DNA from: Bacteroidales bacterium
GTDB taxonomy: Bacteria; Bacteroidota; Bacteroidia; Bacteroidales; P3
Direction of reading: 5' to 3'
NCBI GenBank assembly: GCA_017962445.1
Contig: JAGCVI010000021.1
Location: 3,751 to 67,750 of the forward strand
DNA length: 64,000 nucleotides
A model generated the notes under the pieces. It was given only the letters and a program-made list of their open reading frames with translations, was not told the origin of the DNA and did not search any database. The position numbers and the translations under genes are program-made. Shown here one piece after another: positions 25,208-37,203 of this stretch (position 1 is the first letter of the stretch; the number at the start of each line of letters is the position of its first letter).

Positions 25208-26719
25208 ATGAAAAAAATCTCATTCATATTGCTTCTCCTCGCCTCGTTGTCGGCCACCGCACAGAAACCTCAGGACTCCGATACCCTGCTCTGGAACGGA
25301 CGCACCTACCTCGTCACCGTGCATACTGACGTGCCGTCTGTGGTTCAAGTGTTCTATCAGCGCACCTTCTCGGAGCTGCCTTTCACCTTCTGGAGCAACA
25401 CCAACAGCCGCGGCCACCTGGCTACGTTCGAGTTGCTGAACGACGAGATATATCTTATCCGTATCGAGGCTAAACGCTTCCGGACCAACAGCGACGACCC
25501 TTGGTCTGAATCGGGCATCGACACTGTCGTCACACCCGACTATTTCAAAATCCACAGCCTCTTGGCCGACCGCTCGTTTTCAAACGACATTGTGCTGGCC
25601 GACTGGTTCTCGGGTGTCCTAGAACTGACTCTGCTGCCACGCGACAAGAAGGAACGCAAGTCCGACGAGGCTCACGGCCACAGGCTGCTTCTTATCCGCG
25701 ACGGCAAGGTGGTGAACAACGCCTTCATATCCGACAAGGAATACAAACTACTGGCCGAAAAGGGCCAGATCACCGACGACAAAAGGTTTATGCTCGAAAT
25801 GCAACGCAAGTTCATTGACTTTTACTCTCGTTGCGCAATGGAGCGTGAGCCTGTGACGATGAACGGCCACGATGGTCTGTTTGAACATAAGCCGAATTCT
25901 CTCTCTCTCGTCATGGAGGCATTCGACAACAACCCTACGCGTTATAGGCATGAGCCGGATTCAATCTATGGAGCTCCGATCGGATCATGGGTGTTGTCGG
26001 GCGACTCAATTTTCCTCGTCGGTATCTCCACGCATCCTGACGACAGCCCCCAGTCCATTAGACGGAATGTGTCTGCATGCTTCATTGGTTTCGACCTTGA
26101 TATTCACATTGGCGATCCTATTTTTGCCTATTGGCTCAACGGCTCCTATGTTATCCATTATGGCAACTGGGTGACCGACGCCTATGGTGTACGCAACTAT
26201 ATGGTGTCCAAAACTCAGGAAATACGCGTAAAAGACGGCGTGATTCTCTCGTCCAAATTCTCGCCTCGCAGCTTTGAGGACGACGAAAAGGCTCTCCAAG
26301 CCGACGCCTTCTCGCTTTGCAACGCCGCTGACGTCTGGTCGGTCGACGACAAGCAGCTGGCCGAGACATTCGGCAAATTCAAGTCGCCTAAGAAAAACCC
26401 CTACTACACGGGCGGCAAGGATGCTCTTCGCAACTACCTCAACCGATACCCTCTCACCGACTCCCGCGCCAAGGAACGCCTCTTCCGCGTCCGCATAGGT
26501 TTTATGGTCAACTGCAACGGTGAGGCTGGCCAGTGGCAGATAATCAACAAAACTCGCGGAGAACTCAATGAATTCGCCAACATGGTGCTTGACGTCGTAA
26601 AGAACATGCCTCAGAATTGGAAACCTGCTGTCGACAAAAAAGGCAACAACGTCGACTGCTGGCAGGTCATCGAGATAACCGTCAGCAACGGCGACCTCTC
26701 TAACGCTGATTACAAATAA
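25208..26719 (+). CDS. hypothetical secreted protein
   Basis: 503 aa with a signal peptide. The C-terminal part reads like a TonB-C/GldN-type small domain (YYTGGKDALRNYLNRYPL). Confidence 0.5.
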   Translation: MKKISFILLLLASLSATAQKPQDSDTLLWNGRTYLVTVHTDVPSVVQVFYQRTFSELPFTFWSNTNSRGHLATFELLNDEIYLIRIEAKRFRTNSDDPWSESGIDTVVTPDYFKIHSLLADRSFSNDIVLADWFSGVLELTLLPRDKKERKSDEAHGHRLLLIRDGKVVNNAFISDKEYKLLAEKGQITDDKRFMLEMQRKFIDFYSRCAMEREPVTMNGHDGLFEHKPNSLSLVMEAFDNNPTRYRHEPDSIYGAPIGSWVLSGDSIFLVGISTHPDDSPQSIRRNVSACFIGFDLDIHIGDPIFAYWLNGSYVIHYGNWVTDAYGVRNYMVSKTQEIRVKDGVILSSKFSPRSFEDDEKALQADAFSLCNAADVWSVDDKQLAETFGKFKSPKKNPYYTGGKDALRNYLNRYPLTDSRAKERLFRVRIGFMVNCNGEAGQWQIINKTRGELNEFANMVLDVVKNMPQNWKPAVDKKGNNVDCWQVIEITVSNGDLSNADYK

Positions 26720-26743
26720 CAGTTTAAACTTAATGCCCTTATC

Positions 26744-27082
26744 ATGCTCCCCATTATCATCCACACCCGCCGTTTCCCGCCCAAGCGTTTCCATGCAATA
26801 ACGCTGTTCCCTTTCGTGTTCCACAACGGTGAACCTCTCACCGAATCCGAAATCCGCCACGAGACCATCCACATGTGGCAGCAGCTAGCATTCATTTTCG
26901 TGGGCTTCTATTTGATTTATCTTGTCGCCTGGCTTGTCAATCTAATCCGCTACCGCGACAGCTTTAAGGCTTATCTCAATATCCCCTTCGAACGCTATGC
27001 CTACGCCAACGAGGAAAACACCGCTCTCACCCGCTCACTGATGGCATTCGGCTGGCTGGGAAAACCAAAAAACAAACAATAA
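26744..27082 (+). CDS. small membrane protein with HExxH motif
   Basis: 112 aa. HETIH is followed by a hydrophobic helix. Confidence 0.45.
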   Translation: MLPIIIHTRRFPPKRFHAITLFPFVFHNGEPLTESEIRHETIHMWQQLAFIFVGFYLIYLVAWLVNLIRYRDSFKAYLNIPFERYAYANEENTALTRSLMAFGWLGKPKNKQ

Positions 27083-27095
27083 AACTCTTCGTCTG

Positions 27096-27854
27096 ATGAT
27101 TCTATATTTCTCTGGCTGTGGCAACAGCTTCTTCGTGGCCCGGCAACTTTCCTCGCTCATCGACAGCGCTCTTGTGAAAATCAACCCCGCCGACCCCTCT
27201 CCAGCCCTCACTCTCTCTGAAGGTGAGCCGCTAGGTATTGTGTGCCCGGTTTATGCATGGGCTGTGCCGCGACTGGTCAGCGACTACGTGTCACGTATCC
27301 AGTCCTGCCAACGGCCTGCTTACTGTTTTCTTGCATGTACCTGCGGCGACAACGTCGGCCGCACACCTGAACGCTTCGCCAAGGTCCTGCAACGCAAAGG
27401 CTGGCAGCTCGATGCGGCATTCTCTTTCGTCATGCCTGAGACTTACATTAATCTCCCTGGCTTCAACATCGACAGCCCTGAGAAAGAACAGCGTAAGATC
27501 TCTGCTGTACGCCAGCGCCTGCCCGAGGTGGCTGCCCGAATCAAGAACCGTGAACATGTCATTGACGTGGTACGCGGCAAGATCCCACGCTTCAACTCTT
27601 ACGTCACCAACGCTCTTTTCTACGGCCTCCTTATTACCGACCGCAAGTTCCGCGTCAACGGCGACTGCATATCTTGTGGCCTCTGCGAGAAGTCGTGCCC
27701 TCTCGGCAATATATCTCTCGTCGACGGCCGCCCGCAGTGGCATGGCAACTGCACCAACTGCTTGTCATGCTACCACCGCTGCCCCATGAATGCTATCAAT
27801 TTCGGCAAGGCCACCGTGGGCAAAGGCCAATATATTTTCAAAGAGGAAAAATAA
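27096..27854 (+). CDS. EFR1-type flavodoxin-like/4Fe-4S dicluster ferredoxin protein
   Basis: N-terminal MILYFSGCGNS, plus C-terminal CISCGLCEKSCP and CTNCLSCYHRCP. Confidence 0.75.
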   Translation: MILYFSGCGNSFFVARQLSSLIDSALVKINPADPSPALTLSEGEPLGIVCPVYAWAVPRLVSDYVSRIQSCQRPAYCFLACTCGDNVGRTPERFAKVLQRKGWQLDAAFSFVMPETYINLPGFNIDSPEKEQRKISAVRQRLPEVAARIKNREHVIDVVRGKIPRFNSYVTNALFYGLLITDRKFRVNGDCISCGLCEKSCPLGNISLVDGRPQWHGNCTNCLSCYHRCPMNAINFGKATVGKGQYIFKEEK

Positions 27855-27896
27855 GACCGATACACTCATTTATCTAATTTCCGGTTAATAACAGAT

Positions 27897-28328
27897 ATGC
27901 TTCAAAGCCTCGGACTTTTCGGACTCTTCCTCGGTTGCGCTCTCTCTGCTACCATCATACCTTTCGCCTCCGAAGCTCTTCTCACCGGGGCCTTGTTGCT
28001 CGGCTACAACGTGTGGGTCGTCGTCATCGTTGCCACTCTCGGCAACACTCTCGGCGGCATGGTCAGCTTCCTGCTGGGATGGCTATGCAAGTGGGAATGG
28101 CTCGAAAAGTACCTCAAAGTCGACCGCGCCAAACTTGAAAAGATACGCCTTAAGGTTACTCGTTACGGCTATCCTGCCGCTCTGTTCGCCTGGCTCCCCG
28201 TTGTCGGCGACCTCATCGCCATCGCCATGGGACTCCTCCGCCTCAACCCTTGGCTAACGGCCATCCTCATGTTCACCGGCAAATTCGCCCGCTACATCCT
28301 CGTCGCCGGCATCGTCAACCTCTTCTGA
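27897..28328 (+). CDS. YqaA/DedA-related small membrane protein
   Basis: 143 aa with four hydrophobic segments and an IPFASEALL motif. Confidence 0.6.
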   Translation: MLQSLGLFGLFLGCALSATIIPFASEALLTGALLLGYNVWVVVIVATLGNTLGGMVSFLLGWLCKWEWLEKYLKVDRAKLEKIRLKVTRYGYPAALFAWLPVVGDLIAIAMGLLRLNPWLTAILMFTGKFARYILVAGIVNLF

Positions 28329-28350
28329 CTCCGTGCAAAGATATTGACGT

Positions 28351-32193
<3,843 letters not shown>

Positions 32194-32205
32194 CTAATTG
32201 GAACA

Positions 32206-33177
32206 TTGATGTCCGACGAACAAATAGTTGAAGGATTAGTTGTCAGAACTACAGGTAGTTGGTATAACGTGCTAACCGATGCCGGCGACACTTTCTCCTG
32301 TCGTCTGCGTGGCAATTTCCGCATCCGTGGCAACAAGCAGACCAACCCCATTGCAGTCGGCGACCATGTCACCTTCCAGCTTCTCGAGGACGGAACGGGA
32401 CTCATCACTGCCGTCGCCGACCGACACAACTGCATCATCCGCCGTTCCACCAATCTCTCCAAGCAGACTCACGTCATAGCATCCAACATCGACCTGCTCT
32501 GTATCGTCGCAACCCTCGGCTTCCCGCGCACATCCACAGGCTTCATCGACCGTCTACTCGTCACCGCCGAGGCCTACCATATCCCCGCCGTGCTTATCTT
32601 CAACAAGTGCGACCTATACAACGACGAGCTTTGGCAGCTCCACAACGAAATAAAGGAAATCTACGTCGGTGCCGGCTATCCTGTGTTCGAGGTCTCTGCC
32701 CTCACCGGTATGGGCATTCAGTCTGTCATCGAGCTTATAAATGGCCGTGTCACTCTTTTCTCCGGCCATAGCGGTGTAGGCAAATCCGCACTTCTCAATG
32801 CCATCGACCCATCTCTCAACCTTCGTACCGGCGAAGTCAGCGAATGGTCACTCAAAGGCACTCATACCACCACTTTCGCCGAAATTTTTCCGATTAAACT
32901 CTCAACTATTAACTCTCAACTCTCAACTTATCTCATTGACACTCCGGGCATCAAGGAGTTCGGCATGGTAGACATCAAGCGTGAGGAATTGTCACATTTC
33001 TTCCCCGAAATGCGCGAAGTGCTTCACGAATGCCATTTTGCCAACTGCACCCACGTCCACGAGCCTGGCTGTGCTGTCAAGGCTGCCGTCGATTCCGGTA
33101 GCATCCATCCAGAACGCTACCAAAACTACCTCAATATCCTCGAATCCATCGACTCCGACGCCCCCATCCGCCGCTGA
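32206..33177 (+). CDS. rsgA: ribosome small-subunit-dependent GTPase A
   Basis: Circularly permuted GTPase order: NKCDL, GHSGVGKSAL, DTPG. C-terminal zinc cluster reads CHFANCTHVHEPGC. Confidence 0.9.
   Translation: MMSDEQIVEGLVVRTTGSWYNVLTDAGDTFSCRLRGNFRIRGNKQTNPIAVGDHVTFQLLEDGTGLITAVADRHNCIIRRSTNLSKQTHVIASNIDLLCIVATLGFPRTSTGFIDRLLVTAEAYHIPAVLIFNKCDLYNDELWQLHNEIKEIYVGAGYPVFEVSALTGMGIQSVIELINGRVTLFSGHSGVGKSALLNAIDPSLNLRTGEVSEWSLKGTHTTTFAEIFPIKLSTINSQLSTYLIDTPGIKEFGMVDIKREELSHFFPEMREVLHECHFANCTHVHEPGCAVKAAVDSGSIHPERYQNYLNILESIDSDAPIRR
32897..32931 (+). repeat. in-frame 7-bp tandem array (AACTCTC-type) inside rsgA
   Basis: aactctc aactatt aactctc aactctc aacttat encodes KLSTINSQLSTY just before the DTPG motif. 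Confidence 0.65.
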
Positions 33178-33210
33178 TTGATTCTGTCTTCTTGAAATAA
33201 TTCATTTTAT

Positions 33211-33276
33211 ATGCAATATTATATTGTTAATGCCTTTACCGACAAGCCTTTCGGTGGAAATACTACCGTAATCTAA
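33211..33276 (+). pseudogene. remnant of a PhzF-family isomerase gene (first about 17 codons only)
   Basis: MQYYIVNAFTDKPFGGN matches the hallmark PhzF N-terminus (xVDAFTxxPFxGNPAAV). It then diverges and stops after 21 codons. The next gene starts at 33320. Confidence 0.45.
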
Positions 33277-33319
33277 TAATACCAATACTGTTTAATATCA
33301 CTCTAAATCGTGTCGTTCT

Positions 33320-33832
33320 ATGGCTTTAATCAAATCATATAAAGGTCTTTCTCCTAAATGGGGCAAGGAATGCTATTTCAGCGAAAATGCTACCATCGTG
33401 GGCGATGTGACATTGGGCGACCAATGCTCTGTGTGGTTCAACGCTGTGATTCGCGGTGATGTGGCCCCTATAACCATTGGAGACCGTACCAACGTGCAGG
33501 ATGGTAGTTGCATACATGTGACTCACGAGACGGGACCTACCCATATCGGCAAGGATGTGACAATCGGCCACAATGTTACCGTACATGCTTGTACCATCAG
33601 CGATGGCGCCCTTATTGGTATGGGTGCTACACTACTCGACGACTGTGTGGTTGGGGAGGGCTCTATTGTCGCGGCTGGTGCTTTGGTCCTGCAGGGTACC
33701 AAGATTCCTCCTCATGAGATCTGGGGCGGCGTACCTGCCAAGTTTATCAAACCTACACGACCGGGTCAGACTGACAATGCAGCCCACTATGTCGAGTATG
33801 CAAAAATATATCTTGAAATGATGAACAGCTAA
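33320..33832 (+). CDS. gamma-class carbonic anhydrase / hexapeptide-repeat family protein
   Basis: 170 aa with left-handed beta-helix hexapeptide repeats and a YrdA/PaaY-like pattern (VWFNAVIRGD, GHNVTVHAC). Confidence 0.8.
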   Translation: MALIKSYKGLSPKWGKECYFSENATIVGDVTLGDQCSVWFNAVIRGDVAPITIGDRTNVQDGSCIHVTHETGPTHIGKDVTIGHNVTVHACTISDGALIGMGATLLDDCVVGEGSIVAAGALVLQGTKIPPHEIWGGVPAKFIKPTRPGQTDNAAHYVEYAKIYLEMMNS

Positions 33833-33938
33833 TCCGCAACGCAGATTACATCAATGAATCAAAGTCCCAGTCACCCCTCTCCGTCCTGCAACTTCTAATC
33901 CCCCCAGAGATACCATTCCGCCCACAGGCCCACTTTTC

Positions 33939-34841
33939 CTATCTTTTCCCTCTCTTCTTGTCCGCCTGCCACATTTGCCAGCTGTTCCAAACGTTCTGGA
34001 ATACGGAGTAGAACGCCATGAAAACCGACGCCAGTGGCGTAAGATAATAGTTGGCCATCCAGATGCCCATGGCTGTGTTTTTCTGCCCAAGCAACTGACC
34101 TCCGCTGATTTTGTCGCCGTAGCGGCTTCCGAGCCAACGCCCGAAACCGAACTGCAGGATGCAGAACAATAGCGATGCCACTCCAAGCCATACAATATTG
34201 CCCCAATTGCCTTCGCCATGCAGGAAAATGAAATCAATGGTCTGCCCCAGCGTGAACAACAGTGCGAACGACCACAGGTAAAACGACAGTCCTTTGTATT
34301 TCCGCAGAAAGTCGCTCCCTTTCGGCCACCAGGATTCCAATGCCCACGCAATGAAAAACGGTATGCCAAGAACTGTGCCTATCCGTTTCAGAATCATCCA
34401 GAACGAGTCAATGAACAGCATGTCCTGCTGGTTGCCGATGAACGAGAAGTATATGGGTGCTACCACTGCTACCATTAGGTTGCCGATGATGGTGTACGCC
34501 GTCACTGTCTCGCGGTTCGCGCCAAGCATGCAGCTTATCACCGCAACACTCGATGCCACCGGGCATAGCACTCCTATCAGCACGCCTTCGGCTACAACGT
34601 TGTCGGCACCAACACTGCGCAGCACGATATACGATCCCAGGCTGACAACAATCTGGAACAGCATCAGCCACACGTCAAGCCATGTCATCCGCAGCTTCCG
34701 AATGTCCACTGCCGAGAAGGTCAGCAGCAGAATGGTGAAGATGATGTACGGCACCATGAAACTGAACATTGCGCAGTATTTGTGCAACAGCAGTCCCAGC
34801 ACAATGGCCGCAGGCAGTATGTAACTTCGGTATTTCTGCAT
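33939..34841 (-). CDS. polytopic membrane transporter (bile acid:sodium symporter-like fold suspected)
   Basis: 300 aa with about 9-10 hydrophobic segments. Family assignment by eye only. Confidence 0.5.
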   Translation of the reverse strand: MQKYRSYILPAAIVLGLLLHKYCAMFSFMVPYIIFTILLLTFSAVDIRKLRMTWLDVWLMLFQIVVSLGSYIVLRSVGADNVVAEGVLIGVLCPVASSVAVISCMLGANRETVTAYTIIGNLMVAVVAPIYFSFIGNQQDMLFIDSFWMILKRIGTVLGIPFFIAWALESWWPKGSDFLRKYKGLSFYLWSFALLFTLGQTIDFIFLHGEGNWGNIVWLGVASLLFCILQFGFGRWLGSRYGDKISGGQLLGQKNTAMGIWMANYYLTPLASVFMAFYSVFQNVWNSWQMWQADKKRGKR

Positions 34842-34959
34842 TTTTATCTTGGTGCAAGGCGATGCTTATCTTGTTGTGTCCAAAAGGATTGCAACGATTC
34901 CTCAACCTCGCTTGTCGCTGCAAAATTACTCAATCCCCTCAAATCTCAAAAAAAATGTG

Positions 34960-34967
34960 TACCTTTG
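34960..34967 (+). promoter_or_regulatory. Bacteroidota-type -7 promoter box (TAnnTTTG)
   Basis: TACCTTTG lies upstream of the radical SAM gene. No comparable box is seen in the 35-nt gap before the SIR2-like/TIR gene. Confidence 0.45.
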
Positions 34968-35044
34968 CAACCCTAATCTTAATTAGGGGTCTTAATAACC
35001 TTAAATGATTCTCAATACTAAACTCTTAAATCAAAAATATACTT

Positions 35045-35800
35045 ATGCTTCGCGAAGAAACTGTTTTTGGACCAATACATAGCCGCCGACTGGGTACATC
35101 TCTCGGCATAAACCTGCTGCCCGAAAAAGGCAAATTCTGCAATTTCGACTGCATCTACTGCGAATGCGGATGGAACCGTGACGGCCGTAACGACACCAGG
35201 CTGCCATCTGCTGAAAAGGTGCGCCATGACCTGAGCAATAAGCTGCAGGATTTGCTTGCTGACGGCATCAAGGTCGATTCCATCACTTTCTCGGGCGATG
35301 GCGAACCGACGCTCAACCCGGAGTTCCCTCAGATTATCGACAACACGTTGGCTCTCCGCGACCGCTATGCACCGACTGCCAAGGTCTCTATCCTCTCCAA
35401 CGCCACGCGGGTCCACATACCCGAGATTTTCGCTGCACTCCGCAAGGTCGACAACCCCATCATGAAGATCGATGCACCAACAAACGAGCTGATCGCCAAA
35501 ATCAACAATCCCGCACCAGGCTACGATGTCGCTCGTGTAATCGAGGCATTGAAACAGTTCAAGGGCGATTTTGTCCTTCAGTGGTGCCTTCTGCGTAGTC
35601 CCGAATTCGACTCGACAAGTCCTGAGGTCGTTGACGGCATGTTGCAGATTATACGCGATCTCCGTCCACGCGAAGTAATGGCCTACACCATCGACCGCCC
35701 CACCCCGGCACAAAACCTGACAAAACTGACACCAGAAGAGATGCGTAAGCTTTTGCAGCCGATTATCGACGAAGGTTTCCAAGTCCAGATAAAAGGATAA
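35045..35800 (+). CDS. radical SAM protein
   Basis: CNFDCIYC (CxxxCxxC) cluster motif, and GDGEPTL. Confidence 0.8.
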   Translation: MLREETVFGPIHSRRLGTSLGINLLPEKGKFCNFDCIYCECGWNRDGRNDTRLPSAEKVRHDLSNKLQDLLADGIKVDSITFSGDGEPTLNPEFPQIIDNTLALRDRYAPTAKVSILSNATRVHIPEIFAALRKVDNPIMKIDAPTNELIAKINNPAPGYDVARVIEALKQFKGDFVLQWCLLRSPEFDSTSPEVVDGMLQIIRDLRPREVMAYTIDRPTPAQNLTKLTPEEMRKLLQPIIDEGFQVQIKG

Positions 35801-35835
35801 CATTTAATTAAAATTTTCAATAATATTTAACATTT

Positions 35836-37203
35836 ATGGGATTCAAGCCGAAAGAAAACAGCAGCGCCCAGCTTTTGAGACTTCCAGAGGCTGTTTTCAG
35901 CCAGGAGCAGTTTGTCGACGATGTCTTCAACGACGACTACATACTAGTTGTCGGCAGCGAGGTTGTGATGAATACAGACGAGGAGTGCACTGGCGATGTG
36001 AAGCGTTACATTCTTAATTCAATCAACAGCAAGCTGGGCACTGATTACAACAGTTTCGACGACCTGTATAGATATGTAGGCCGCGGCATCGACCCTGTCC
36101 GCAACATCCTCTATTCAGAAGACTTCACATACAGTGTTGACGACCTCTCGCCCGAATTGCGTCGATTGTTCGAAACCAAGTTGTTCCGCTTTGTGATGAC
36201 CACTACTTTCGACAGCTATCTTGAGGTGCTGATGGAGTATGTGTGGGGCAAGGGCGGCTACAGTGTGGTGAATATGGGCGACAAGGCCAGTGTCGACAGG
36301 CTGCGCAACGAATTGGCCGAGTGTCGCGAGGGCGACCGCTATATGCAACCGACGCTGTTTTACATTTTCGGGAAAGCAGAGAAGGATGAATCCAAGAGTT
36401 ATGTACGCAACGACGACGACGCTATTCAAATAATCGACAAATGGATTCAGCTGCCTAAGGACGACCCAATGGTGCGCCATATCCGCAACAAGAAAATCCT
36501 TGCCCTCGGCTGCAAGTTCGACGACTGGTATTTCCGTTTCTTCTGGTACAATCTCAAGCGCGACATCAGCCGCCTGCGCGAAGGTCAGGTGGCCTTTATG
36601 CTCGACGAGAACGACACGACGGATGCTAAACTCGACACCTTCCTGAAACATTCGATGATATACCGCCATAAGGATGTTCGTGCCTTCATGTCACATATTG
36701 CAGAACTGCTTACCTCAACTGAACACGATAATCCTTTGCACGATATGGTTGTCAGGAAACGTCGTGAGGGCGGTGTGTTCCTCTCCTATTGCAGCAAGGA
36801 TTTCATTATGGCCAGCCGACTGTTCTTCATGCTTCAGCGTGAAGGTTTCGATGTGTGGTTCGACAATATGCGTCTAAAAGGTGGCGACGATTACAACGGC
36901 GACATCGAGAACGCTATTGGCAAGGCCAAAGTATTTGTGCCGCTGCTCACACCCAGTGTCGCTGCCGACCTCACCGCAGGCGAAACAGATAATTATTACA
37001 ATAAGGAGTGGCTTATGGCGGCGCAAACTGGCGACAAGGCTTTCGTGCCTGTGGCCGCAAACGGCTACAACCTGCGTGAAGACTACCATACGAAAGGCTT
37101 CGAACCGTTCACGTCAACCAGTAATTCCGGCATAGACCTTATGGGTCGTGACGGCTGCAAGAAGTTGATAGAGTCAATCACCAAACATCTGCACAGACTA
37201 TGA
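35836..37203 (+). CDS. SIR2-like (SIR2_2-type) N-terminal domain fused to a C-terminal TIR domain
   Basis: N-terminal segments ILVVGSEV, FVMTTTFDSYLE, LFYIFGK and ILALGCKFDDWYF follow the SIR2_2 layout, but the usual HG reads FG. C-terminal GGVFLSYCSKD...GFDVWFD...GGDDYNGDIENAIGKAKVFVPLLT is TIR-like. Confidence 0.7.
   Translation: MGFKPKENSSAQLLRLPEAVFSQEQFVDDVFNDDYILVVGSEVVMNTDEECTGDVKRYILNSINSKLGTDYNSFDDLYRYVGRGIDPVRNILYSEDFTYSVDDLSPELRRLFETKLFRFVMTTTFDSYLEVLMEYVWGKGGYSVVNMGDKASVDRLRNELAECREGDRYMQPTLFYIFGKAEKDESKSYVRNDDDAIQIIDKWIQLPKDDPMVRHIRNKKILALGCKFDDWYFRFFWYNLKRDISRLREGQVAFMLDENDTTDAKLDTFLKHSMIYRHKDVRAFMSHIAELLTSTEHDNPLHDMVVRKRREGGVFLSYCSKDFIMASRLFFMLQREGFDVWFDNMRLKGGDDYNGDIENAIGKAKVFVPLLTPSVAADLTAGETDNYYNKEWLMAAQTGDKAFVPVAANGYNLREDYHTKGFEPFTSTSNSGIDLMGRDGCKKLIESITKHLHRL

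Noticed and set aside
26006-26872. 288-aa minus-strand ORF
   Set aside because: It is antisense to the 503-aa secreted protein and the HExxH membrane protein. Its composition is typical of a GC3 shadow frame.
33851-34369. 172-aa and 103-aa minus-strand ORFs in alternative frames of the transporter gene
   Set aside because: The 300-aa frame (33939-34841) gives regularly spaced hydrophobic helices. The alternative frames are Arg/Gly/Trp-rich and non-membrane-like.
35018-35803. 261-aa minus-strand ORF
   Set aside because: It is an exact antisense of the radical SAM gene, which carries the CxxxCxxC motif.
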